Part shown: piece after piece, positions 45,504-56,038 of the stretch | How the letters are laid out: each line of letters starts with the position of its first letter | Numbering within the stretch: the stretch's first letter is position 1 | Assembly: GCA_964019335.1 (NCBI GenBank) | Contig: OZ025736.1 | Span: forward strand, 344,492-408,491 | Direction of reading: 5' to 3' | DNA: 64,000 bases | Origin: Diplonema japonicum | Taxonomy: Eukaryota > Protista > Euglenozoa: Diplonemea | The notes under the pieces: generated by a model | What the model was told of the DNA's origin: nothing | The model's database searches: none | What the model saw: the letters and a program-made list of their open reading frames with translations, nothing else | Program-made: the position numbers and the translations under genes

Positions 45504-46521
45504 CCCCCAAAAAACACACCTTGACCATAGGAATATCGGGGTCGGGTATGTTGTAAATGCATGTCCCAGCAGTCACAACAGCAGCACCAAGAATGAAGTG
45601 GGGCGTCGGTGTGAACCCCCACACAAGCGCCGCATACACCCCGGACACAATGATCGCCACACCCGTGGCAAACCCCTTCAATATGTTATCCGCATACTTA
45701 ACCACAACCGCCACGAGAATTCCACCACCGGCATGGATGAACACAAGGACCCAGGTGGTAGCGGTGTACCCAGTAAACAAACTGAAAGACTTGTAAGGAA
45801 TACCGTCTACCGCCGCCATTGAAAAACAAGCGAGAACTAACGAAAAGATCCCAAGTTGAATGTTCCGTTCCGCGATAGAAGGAGGGGTCCCTTTGAGTAT
45901 CTTCTCAAAGTATACAGATGCAAAGGCGGACGATGTCCCCGAGACGACACAGCTCACAATTCCAACCAGGGTGTTTTGTTTTTCCACAGACGCGACCTTT
46001 TCTGTCCCTTGTCCCTGAGACGACAGGATGATACCTAAGGTCAACAATAGTACTGAAGACCATTGAACGCACGACAGGTACCTTTCCAACAACCAAACTG
46101 AAAATATGGCCGCTAGTAATAGCTTCACCTGGGATAAGAGCTGGAACATCATGGCATCTAAGTTTGACAGGGACACGAAAAGCAGGTAGTTTTGCAGGGT
46201 GAACAGGGCAGCTGGGACAGATAATTTCACAGTTTCCAAGCAGAACACAACGTGGTACAGCCTTTCCCGGAAGTGTGTGCCTTGTCCGTTGAGCAGCAGT
46301 TCGTACCACATCGCCACCAGGCAGAACAGCATTTTCACGATTTCCGCCATTAGAATTAACGAGGAGGATTTGTATAATGTGCCTTTGTTTTGTGCCCGTG
46401 ACCACCTCGTCATCAGCACCAGGACCGCGTTTTGAACAACCAGGACCAGAAGTGACAAGTACCCTGCATTTATCGGGCCGTATCCTGGTATTTTCACCTT
46501 GACCTTGGTCGGATCTACCAT
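45394..46521 (-). CDS. SLC35A-type nucleotide-sugar transporter; 54-nt intron at 45519-45466; start uncertain (46521 or 46569)
   Basis: LVVQNA, VPAALFTLQNYL, QVKLL, SVYFEKILK, RNIQL, GGILVAVVVKYADNILKGFAT. Confidence 0.88.
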
Positions 46522-46760
46522 GTGTTTCCCTTCACACTTTTTTGTTTCCTTTCGTTTCGTCCCTTCCATGTACGTGTTAGGGGAGAAGAGGGGGTGATTT
46601 ACCGCCCTCTTTCCTTTTCTCTCTCTCCCCCCTCCTTTTTTATTTTGAGATTTTTGAAGTGGACGGGGGGGGGAAGAAAAAAAATAGAAGAGCAACGGGG
46701 AGAATGGGGGTGTAGGAAGATAAAATTTTAAAAAAAAAAAAAGAAATCCGGGGGGATGGG

Positions 46761-46793
<33 letters not shown>

Positions 46794-47689
46794 AGAGAAG
46801 GGAAAAAAAAAGAGGGGAGACTGGTGTTTTACTTTTTTTTGTCTACTCCCATCGTGATTTTCTTTCTTTCTTTTTTTTTTTTTCTTTTTTTTTTTTCTCG
46901 TGGCGGAACATACTGGGTGTATGGGATCAAGGGGGGTAAATAAAAAAATTTACAACAGCTTTCATGAATGGGGTGTGTGGGTGTAGGGGAGGGAATGACT
47001 AAAAGAAGAAGAAAAAAAAGAGAAAACAAGAAAGGGGAAAAAAAAAGGGGGGGCAGGGGGTTCGCGGAAGATCGCGAACCCAGGAAAGAAGTGGTCGAGA
47101 GTCGGACAAGAGATGAAACGGAACAGAAAGAAAAAAAATACACCTCCTCTCTTCCCTCTCCCTCTTGTCGTCCGTTTTCTTTTCTTTTTTTTTTTTTTCC
47201 TTCTCGTTTTTCTTCTTTTTTTTCCTTTTCACATGAACAAAAGAAATGGGGGTGGGGGAAAAAAAAAAAACAAAATTTAAAAAATAAATGAAAAGGGAGG
47301 AAGTTTTTTTTTCAGAATAAGAAAGGGGCACAAAAAAAGGGGGGGGAGGGAAAAACAAAACGTCAAAAATCGAGTTCTTTTTTTTTTCCCCGAAAGGGGG
47401 AGGGGAAAATTGAGAGGGGTATCAAATACAATAGTGGTGACGAGACGGTATCAAGGGAATTTTTTTTTTTTTTTTCCTTTTTCTTTTTTTTTTCCCCCGT
47501 TTTTCTTCCATAAAAAAAAAAAAAAACTATAGGGAAATACAAAGGGGGTATGGAGAAACAGAAAGAAAAATCGAAAAACAAAAAAAAAAAAGAAAAGATC
47601 TAAGAAAGAGGCTTGCGGATGCTGGTGATGGGTGAATGCTGCGCCTGTTATTTATTGTTCCCCCCCCACCCTCCTTTTTTTACCCCCCC

Positions 47690-49590
47690 CTAGCATACAG
47701 AGAGAGGGCTTCCGAACTGACGACGGGGAGAGTTGGATCTCATTCTATCAGGGGAAACTCCAACATGTGCAATGGGGCTGGCAGCAGCTGTACTGTACTG
47801 TAGAGACCTAGGGGAGGCGACTCCCCTTGTGCCAGTGTGGCGCACGCTGAACGCGCCCGCCTCGTCCCTCAACATGGCTTCCTTCTGCTCCAAGTTGTCC
47901 CTCTGCTCCCTCAGCCTCACCTCCTGGTCGATCAAAGGTGCTTCTTCTGCCTGAACCTTAGCACGTGCAGCAGCGTGTTCCATGTTCTCCTGCTCCAGCG
48001 ACCTGCACATGGCCTCCTGTGCCTCCACTGCCCTCACAGATTCCACTTCGATGGTCTTCTTTGCTGCCTCTTTTTCCCTGCAGATCAAAAGCTCCTGCTC
48101 TTCCCTTTCCTTCTGCACCTTCTGGTGCGCCGTCGCCTCCCTCGCGCCAAGGTGCGCCGCGGTGCAGTCCCTCTCCCTGTCCTGCGCCCTTGCAAGGTCA
48201 CCCTTCGCCAACGCTACACGCTCCGCAGCCATCTGAACATCCCTCGTGGCCTCGGCGCTGATCATCGCCGCCTGCTGCTCCACACCCTGCGAGTTCGCAA
48301 GGTCGCTGCGTGCCCTGTTGGTGTTGGCACGCTGTGCCTCCACCTCCCTTTGCTGCTCCATCAGGAGGCGCTCGATCTCGCGCAGCCTCTCCTCGCTCAA
48401 CGCCTGCTCGGACTCCTGCTGCCTCAGCCTGAGCTCCGCAGCCTCCATCTCCCTCTGCGCCTCCACGTGCTGGAGCTGCTTCGCCCTCTCGTTGTCCCTT
48501 GCCGCCTGCTCCTCAGCGCACCTCCCAGCAACCTCCGCCCTAGCACGCTCCGTCTCCAGTCTCGAGGCGTCCAAGATTGCCAGTGCTTCGCGCTCCTTGG
48601 CCTCTGCCTCGGCCACAGCCTGGACCTGAGCCGCCAACCTGCCCTCCTGTGCTGCTGTCTCAGCAGCAGCCTGGGCAGTGGCAGCACGGGCATCGATCTC
48701 TCTCGCCCTGAGGGACTCGAGGAGCCTCCTTGCGGCCTCGATGCCCTCCTTCTGCCTGACGTCCTGCCAGTACTCCCTCGCCCTGTAGTGCATGGCGTCG
48801 AGCAAGGTGGGGTATCTCTCGCAGAACCTCTGGAACTCGGGGTACGACACGCTGCCGTCACGGTTGGTATCCGCCTTGACGAAGAGGTCGCCGATGGTGT
48901 TGGGGCTGAACTCGAACTGCAGGTTTGTGAGGAAGGCTTGGAATTCGGACATGTCGATGGCGCGGATCTTCCTGGCGTCCATCTCGTCAAACACCATCGA
49001 CACCTTCTCCTCGTGGGAGGCGTCGGCACCGGACCTCAGGAGGATGTGGGCAGAGGCGGTGGTGGGCGTGGGGACGATGATGGGTGCCACTGGCACGTGG
49101 GCGAGGGACGCGGCAGACGCAGAGCGGTGAGGCGACACACCAGCTGCGATCAAAGCAGACGCAGAAGCGGAGGAAGGGGCGCTGTTTTTTTTTTTTTTTT
49201 TTTTTTTTCTTCTAGAACTCCCATACCGAACAGCAGGGGGGAGCTTGCTCTGCACCTCCCTATGCCAAGCAGTTTCCGGCTGGAACACGTAGATTTGACT
49301 GAAGTCCTGCAGCTGAGTGCTGCTCAGAAGGTCCACCCACAGCTCAACCTTTTTTTTTTCTTTTTCCCCCCCGCCCTTGTGATCCCTCATACCCTCTCAT
49401 CAAAAATCTGCATCCTATCAATGGCGAAGGTGCTTGGGCACCCAGCAGGAGCTCTGGCTGTGAAGTCGGACCCGAACACCTGCTCCACTTTGCGGTGCAA
49501 ATCGGGGATCGTTGGCTGGGCAAGGAATTCCACCTCGTAATTGGTTTTCGTGCCATGAATGTCGGCTGCAATAAGGAGCGTGAAGACCAT
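47690..49590 (-). CDS. BILBO1: BILBO1-like flagellar pocket collar protein (N-terminal ubiquitin-like domain, EF-hands, coiled coil); exons 49590-49393, 49348-49227, 49181-47690 (603 aa)
   Basis: AADIHGTKTNYEVEF...P....L...VEQVF...QIFDER|VELWVDL.....L....QIYVFQ matches the kinetoplastid BILBO1 NTD pattern; EF loop DTNRDGSVSYPEF; YPTLLDAMHYR; long coiled coil. Could be a paralogue. Confidence 0.8.
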
Positions 49591-49984
49591 TTTTATTTTA
49601 TTTTATTTTCTTTTTTTTTTTTCTCTTTTTTCCTCCTTCTTTTTCTTGCCTCTATTTAGCACTATGAAAAGAAATATTAAAAAAAAAAGAACAGGCGAGT
49701 TACTTTCTGTGTTGTGCGCAACTTGGTCACAAACTTTTTTTCCCCCTCCTAATAAAGAGATTTATTTGCAACGCTGCCAGCATTCTTTTTTTTTCCTTCT
49801 TCTTCTTTCTTTCCTTTTTTTTTGATAAACTACAATAACAAGCGGTTCTGTTCATCATAAAAAAAAAGAGGGGGTAATAATGTTGTTTCGTTGGTTCATG
49901 CGTAAGTAGTTACAAAATAAAAAAAAATCCCCCCTCCATGTCTTAAACAAAACATTCAATACTTTTTTTTTCTCTCTCTCCTTG

Positions 49985-50026
<42 letters not shown>

Positions 50027-50365
50027 CACGAACTGTTTGAAATTTATTTTTCTTCTTCTTTTATTTTTCCTGTGCTCAAATGTGGGGCAAAAGTCGTAAT
50101 GCAAAGCAAAGAAATATATGTGAGTAAAGGAAGTCTTTCCCCTTGTAAAGAATATATATTTTTTTTTGTATCTCTAGGGCCGTTTCAATCGGCCGTTTCA
50201 ATTTTGAATAGAGAGGAAGAGAAAAAAAAAGATGTCCTTGAAGGGAACCTGCAGTATATGACAGGATCGCCTATAAAAAAGAAACTCAGCATCACTGCAA
50301 CAAAGGAGAAGTCCATCGCGCAAGAGTGAAGAAAAAGAAAAACAAAGCCAGCGTGACGGGTGGAA

Positions 50366-50400
<35 letters not shown>

Positions 50401-50731
50401 AAAGTACAAAGGACAAGCCCCCCGCTAGAGGACCGCCCTATGGGAGGAAAAAAAAGATTATTTCTCCGCAGAGCGCACTTTGAGTGCAAACCTCTACAAC
50501 ACATAAAAAGGAAAAGTGATAAAAACTGAGCCTTCTATCGGTACTGGGAAGGGGAAGGGGATGGGGGGCGAAGTATAATTTTAAAAAATATATATTTTTT
50601 TGTTTTTCCCCCTCCTATCCCTCTCCCCCCCACCCCATTCCCATAAAATCCACAGAACGCACTTTGAGTGCTGCCTCTTGAACGTGGATTGAGGCCAAAA
50701 AGAAAAAAAAAAAATCCTCCCAGGGCTGATA

Positions 50732-52678
50732 TTAGTTTTCCTCACTCTCCTGTTGTGTGTGCCACATGGATGCGTACAGGCCGTTTTTAGCGAGAAGCTC
50801 CTCGTGCGTGCCGTATTCAAAAACATTTCCTTCCTTCAGCACGAGAACCTTGTCACAGCCGCTGACCGTTGACAGCCTGTGCGCGATGATCACGGAGGTC
50901 AAAGGTGTCTCGGTTGTGCTTCTTAAAGCAAGCATAGCCTTTTCCTCAGTGCGTGAGTCGAGCGCTGAAGTTGCCTCGTCAGCAAGAAGAATAGGCGCGT
51001 TACGAAGCAGGCATCTGGCGATGGCAACTCGTTGCTTCTCCCCGCCTGACAGCTTCAACCCCCTTTCGCCCACCTTGGTGTCGTAGCCATCACTGAAGTT
51101 TCGGACAGAGTTGTGCAGATCGGCTTTCTTAGCCGCCTCAATGCACTGCTCGTCGGTTGCGGTGAGATCACCGTACCTTAGATTGTACATCAGTGTTTCA
51201 TTGAACAAAACGGTGTCCTGCGGGATGACCCCCATGTGTTTCCGAAGGGATTCCACGTTCACCTTGTTGATGTCCTGCCCGTCGACAAGGATCGTCCCGG
51301 ACTCTGGTGTGAAGAACCTGAAGACAAGCCTCAAAATTGTTGATTTCCCACATCCAGACGGTCCCACGATGCCGAGGGAGTTCCCTGCCGGGATGGTGAA
51401 CGACACCCCGCGCAACATCTTCTGGTCCGCTTTGTAGTTGAAAACAACATCTCGGAACTCAATCTCGCCTCCTTTGTACACAAGGTCGGGAAGACCACTT
51501 TCCTCGGGCTCGCCTTCGTTAAGAAGCTTAAAGAGGGACTCCATATCAGTCATTGCAGCCTGTAGTTCACGATACACCGTACCAAGGAAGTTCAAAGGAA
51601 CTGATAGTTGCATGAGAAGTGCGTTGACAAGAACAAGGTCGCCTAGTGTCATGAGACCGGCTTGGACGCGAACGACGGACATTGCCATTGTGACGGAGAG
51701 GGCGATGGTGAAGATGAACTGTTGTCCGAAGTTGAGGCCGGAGAGGGACTGCTGGGTGACAACTGCTTGCTTCTCGTACCTCTTGAGGAGTGTCTCGTAC
51801 CTGCTCACCTCGTATTTTTCGTTTTGAAAATACTTAACCGTCTCATAATTGAGCAAACTGTCCACCATCGATGTCGATGCTTCCTGGTCGGACTTGTTCA
51901 TCTCCTTGCGGACTCCAATCCGCCACGCGGACAGTTTGAACGTGAACACTGAATAAGCTACAACCGCAGATACAGCAGTAACGCTGAAGGGCAACCCAGC
52001 TTCACGATATAACACAGCGCTGACCAACACCAATTCCAATGCGGTGGGAATGATGTGGAAAAGAGCGAAGTTGAGCAATCGATCGACAGCGCGGGTTCCG
52101 CGGTCGATTTGTCTTGACAGAGCGCCAGTCTGTCTGTTCAGATGGAACTTCAGAGGGAGTGAGTGAAGATGCGCAGCAACACGAACGCCCATTTTCCTCA
52201 TCGCAGCGTTGACGACTGAAGCAAACAAGAATCCCCTTGCTTCTTGTGTTAGATACTGTAACGCTCGGAAGAGAGAATGAGCGATGACCAATCCCATAAC
52301 TGTCGTCCCAAACGGGTTGAACGCTTGTGAAAGAATCGCCGGATCCGTTGCCAGCGAGTCGACGATTCCTTTGAACCAGTAAGGTACACCGATTCCCAGA
52401 AGTTTTGTCCCGAAAACGCAGCCCACAGCGACGCCAACTTGGAGCTTTAAACGGACTTCTCCTTTTGACGGCCATACGCCTCTTATCATTTGCATTATTA
52501 AATCGGAGCTTGTTGGTTTGGCCTTTTTCTTGCTTGTTGATGATGCTGCTGCGATCTTTTTGCACCACCTTGCCTGTCTTCCCACCACGTTCGTTTTGTT
52601 GACATTCAGTGCTGAGCAGTACATTACGTCTCTTCTCATGCCGCTGAAGCTGAGCACCATGCCTGTGTGGCGAAGCAT
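50732..52678 (-). CDS. ATM1: Mitochondrial ABC half-transporter ATM1/ABCB7
   Basis: FHLNRQTGALSRQIDRG, DSLLNYETVKYF, PLNFLGTVYRE, GPSGCGKST, LSGGEKQRVAIAR, DEATSALD; basic presequence. Confidence 0.92.
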   Translation of the reverse strand: MLRHTGMVLSFSGMRRDVMYCSALNVNKTNVVGRQARWCKKIAAASSTSKKKAKPTSSDLIMQMIRGVWPSKGEVRLKLQVGVAVGCVFGTKLLGIGVPYWFKGIVDSLATDPAILSQAFNPFGTTVMGLVIAHSLFRALQYLTQEARGFLFASVVNAAMRKMGVRVAAHLHSLPLKFHLNRQTGALSRQIDRGTRAVDRLLNFALFHIIPTALELVLVSAVLYREAGLPFSVTAVSAVVAYSVFTFKLSAWRIGVRKEMNKSDQEASTSMVDSLLNYETVKYFQNEKYEVSRYETLLKRYEKQAVVTQQSLSGLNFGQQFIFTIALSVTMAMSVVRVQAGLMTLGDLVLVNALLMQLSVPLNFLGTVYRELQAAMTDMESLFKLLNEGEPEESGLPDLVYKGGEIEFRDVVFNYKADQKMLRGVSFTIPAGNSLGIVGPSGCGKSTILRLVFRFFTPESGTILVDGQDINKVNVESLRKHMGVIPQDTVLFNETLMYNLRYGDLTATDEQCIEAAKKADLHNSVRNFSDGYDTKVGERGLKLSGGEKQRVAIARCLLRNAPILLADEATSALDSRTEEKAMLALRSTTETPLTSVIIAHRLSTVSGCDKVLVLKEGNVFEYGTHEELLAKNGLYASMWHTQQESEEN

Positions 52679-52699
52679 TTTTTTTTTTTTTCCCCTCGC

Positions 52700-52711
52700 C
52701 TGTGGTGAGAA
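52700..52711 (-). promoter_or_regulatory. Putative trans-splice acceptor TTCTCACCACAG (identical 12-mer at 38189-38178)
   Basis: The same 12-mer ending in AG lies 21 nt upstream of the ATM1 ATG and 12 nt upstream of the 38165 ATG, with no obvious upstream cis-donor exon. Confidence 0.5.
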
Positions 52712-53393
52712 AATGAGATGTTTTTTTTTTAAGTGGGGAAATAAGTCGTTTTTTTTTGGGGGGGGGAAGGAAAAGAAAGAAATTTTGTTTTTTTTTTATA
52801 CTGTTCATGTTTTTAAAGAATTTTTTTTTGGGGGCTCGCCTCCCTCTTTTTAATAAAAGTGATTTGTTTATCTTGTTTTTTTCCCCCCCCCTTTTTTTTC
52901 TTAAATTAACTCATGTCATTGCACAGTTGTCTTCCCCTTCCCCAACCCAATTTTCTTTTGATAAAACTAACGATGAAAGGAAGAAAGAAAAAAAAAAGAG
53001 AAAAAAAAAACTCACAGGGGGAGCAATAAAAGATTTCTAGCATTTTCTTTTTTTCTTCCCTCCCCCCCCTCCCTCCCATCATGTTGGAGGGTTTGATCAA
53101 GGAGAGACAATTTCTATTTTTCAATCCCTCCCTTTTTTTTTCTTTTCTTTTTTTTTCCCTTCTTTTTTTTTTCTGTTCTAAACGGTGCATAGCAGGGAAC
53201 TACGCCGGAGCAAGGAGAAAAAAAAAACCACAATAGACAGTGGTTTGAAATATCCCTGTGGGTCTTTTTCTCCTGAAAAGGGGCTTGAATGCAAAATAAC
53301 AAAGGCCATGTTTAAGGGCATCCTTCAATAATATGCCACGCTAGAAGGTGCACAGGAACGGAGGGGAAAGCATTGAACACCCAAAAAACTTTG

Positions 53394-53425
53394 AAGGGAA
53401 CCTGCAGTATGTGACAGGATCGCCT
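53394..53425. repeat. Repeat family C (other copies at 288-318 and 50241-50272)
   Basis: AAGGG(A/T)ACCTGC(A/G)GTAT(G/A)TGACAGGA(T)CGCCT in three places. Confidence 0.75.
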
Positions 53426-53665
53426 AAAAAAACTTTTTTTCGATGAAGATTCAGTGTGCAGGGGGGGGGGGGGGGGGGGGTGCTCACTATAGTGGCACAA
53501 AAAAAACGTTTCCCCCTTCCCATATTTCCGTTTTGTTAATGCCCCCCCCCCCCCCCCCCCAGAAAAACTAGAGGGGCGCCAATACGTAAGAAAAAAAACT
53601 CGATAAAATTTTAGTGTGCATGGGGGTGCTCACTGTTCAGGTAGAAATCACAAAAAAAGAAAAAA

Positions 53666-53724
53666 AATATATGAGTTAAAGGAAGTCTTTGTGAGACGCC
53701 CCCTTGTTCTCATGCTCTACCTGC
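53666..53724. repeat. Repeat family D (other copies at 9286-9345 and partially 50113-50147)
   Basis: TATGAGTTAAAGGAA(G/A)TCTTTGTGAGAC...TTCTCAT...CTACCTGC. Confidence 0.7.
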
Positions 53725-53851
53725 ATCTATCCCCCTTCAGCAGCGGTTGAAAAAAAAGGAAACGTTTGGAAGAAAATAAAAACACGGTTTTCTTTTTTTT
53801 TTTTTTTCATATTATTTTTTTTTTTTTCCTCTTCTCTCCCCTTACCCATTT

Positions 53852-55696
53852 TCACTCTGCATGAGGGTCCACTTCGTTCACATTGACCCGACGGGTGCCC
53901 GGGTTTCCCTCTTCCGAATCCTCTGCATCCTCATCCTTCGCCGTCACAGCCACATAGCTAAGCGACTTTGCAAAGAACGAATAATATACAAGCACGGCCG
54001 TGACCACCAACAGCACACCGGCCCCAACGAGGAGGAAAGTATAAAGGCTTTTCCATGATGACGATGATTCGGAGGAGTGGGTTGGGACGCACCGTCCTGA
54101 ACCATGGATACCAGCATCGCACTGAGTCCCACCCTTACACCTGCACACCCTGTCGCAGTTAACACCAAAGGACACGTTGTTGGTGCAATACTTGCAGCTC
54201 CCCGTTCCGGAAATCCCAGTGTCGCAAACTCCCTCAACACAAGAACAAGGCAGGCACGACGCGCTATATGTTCTCGTACTGCACCGGCAGGAACCGTTGT
54301 GGTAAGGACCGTCATAACATGCTCCTTGTGAGCCTCCTCCATGGACGCAAGGGCATTTTTTGTTGCATGCGGGGCCAGCCCATCCTTGCTGGCAAGCACT
54401 GCATTTGCTGTCGTTGATGTTCGATGCGTTGAACGAGACGAGGACAGGCGATTCACCTTGTTGCCAGTTTGCACAACCGGGCGCGGAGGGGTTCTCCCCT
54501 GTACAGGACTTCACCGAAGCAACCCATACCCCGAGACCTGCTTTACACGTTGGGTCAAAGCCGTCAACAGCCATCTCCCGCAACACCATGTCAACATTCG
54601 TATCGATCTCAGAATGGTATGTTATGTCTGTTGTTCCCGAAAACCCTACCAGTAAGAAGGTTACGAACACACGCTGCAAGGGGTGCACAGTTTCGGAATT
54701 GTGCGCGACGACAAGATTGAACCCGGGGGTCGAACACGATGAAGGAACAGGTTTCATAACCCACTGTCTGTCGACACCTCCTGGCAGCTCAGTCACGATA
54801 CGCTGCTCCGGGTTTTCATCGCAAATAGTATGCACGGCCGCGTTGACAAGAATGGCGAGAAACACCCTGGTTACGTTGTCCGCTGTGATGTGAAGCGGTG
54901 TGATGCTTATGATATCAGGTATCGCTTGCATGTCGCCAGGTGTTCTGTGCCATATTAAAGAAACGTTCCACAATGGTGTGGATGACACACCGGACGTCCA
55001 GTCAAGCTTCACTATCCAACCGTGTTCCGCGTTTTCCGATTGCGCGGCGAGGTACACAAAATCCCCTACAACCGCAATGGCAGATCTGTGTCGTTGCTGT
55101 CCTGTCCATTTCCAATATGTGACGTCGAATCCTGTGTTAACGATGTCCAAGCCTGTCTCGGCATCGATGTCTTCTAGGAGTAGAGTTTCGTCCTTGTCCC
55201 CGCAGTACCCAGAGGAGGTGACACGGTCAGGTGATTCTCTGTATGCGATAGACTGTCGGAACATAAGCCAGTTCAACCCTGCGACGCACATTGTGAAGTT
55301 TTCCGGTACCCCTGAACGGTTCCATTCCACCGTGCCTTCCGGGAGTGAGATTGCTTCTATAGCGCCGATACCGCCTATGTACGCACGGGTCTTCGATGTG
55401 TCCATTGTACCCGTCACGATGATGGAACCTTCTGGTGTTGACAGCGTGCGGTTGCTTATAGTTGTGTTGCGTTCTGAGTTGGTTAAAAAGTAGTATGCTT
55501 GTGTTACGCATGAGCCTGCTCCGGCGACTATGTCTGTGTTTGTCTTTCCAAGCCATGTAGGGACGCACACGGACTGTTTTATTTCCCACTCGCCTGTCCA
55601 TAGTGCTGTTGGGCCTTTCTTACACTGTCCTTGCTCGTTGTCCACAGCCACCCCAATAACCCCGCTTAATAACAGCGGGAGGAATATTTTTCGCAT
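53852..55696 (-). CDS. Type I membrane protein: signal peptide, beta-rich ectodomain, EGF-like repeats, single TM helix
   Basis: MRKIFLPLLLSGVIGVA signal; C.CV.G.C..G..G.GSC repeats; TM LYTFLLVGAGVLLVVTAVLVYY. Confidence 0.8.
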   Translation of the reverse strand: MRKIFLPLLLSGVIGVAVDNEQGQCKKGPTALWTGEWEIKQSVCVPTWLGKTNTDIVAGAGSCVTQAYYFLTNSERNTTISNRTLSTPEGSIIVTGTMDTSKTRAYIGGIGAIEAISLPEGTVEWNRSGVPENFTMCVAGLNWLMFRQSIAYRESPDRVTSSGYCGDKDETLLLEDIDAETGLDIVNTGFDVTYWKWTGQQRHRSAIAVVGDFVYLAAQSENAEHGWIVKLDWTSGVSSTPLWNVSLIWHRTPGDMQAIPDIISITPLHITADNVTRVFLAILVNAAVHTICDENPEQRIVTELPGGVDRQWVMKPVPSSCSTPGFNLVVAHNSETVHPLQRVFVTFLLVGFSGTTDITYHSEIDTNVDMVLREMAVDGFDPTCKAGLGVWVASVKSCTGENPSAPGCANWQQGESPVLVSFNASNINDSKCSACQQGWAGPACNKKCPCVHGGGSQGACYDGPYHNGSCRCSTRTYSASCLPCSCVEGVCDTGISGTGSCKYCTNNVSFGVNCDRVCRCKGGTQCDAGIHGSGRCVPTHSSESSSSWKSLYTFLLVGAGVLLVVTAVLVYYSFFAKSLSYVAVTAKDEDAEDSEEGNPGTRRVNVNEVDPHAE

Positions 55697-56038
55697 TTTT
55701 TTTTTGTTGGTCCCCCACCCTCCCGCTCCTTTTTTTTTTGTTCGTTTTTTTTTGTTTGAAGGAAAAGGGGGGGGAGTTTATAATGAAACACGGTCATGGG
55801 GAGGGGTTTTTTTGAGGGGGTACAAAATAACAAGCATAATAAAATGGAGGAACAAAAAAATAGAAAGGGGGGGAGAAATCATTGCGTGTGGAGTCATAAA
55901 CAGAGGGATCAAAATAAAAGGTAGGAGGGGGGGGGGGGGGGGGGGGAAGGGAGAAGCACGGGAAGCAATACAACACAAGTTATAAACAAAGGGGGAAACA
56001 AAAAAAGAAAACAAAACAAAAAACAATAAAAAGAAATT

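Noticed and set aside
47837-49540. 567-aa ORF on the + strand
   Set aside because: Antisense shadow of the GC-rich BILBO1-like coiled coil; it runs through intronic T-tracts and has no motifs.
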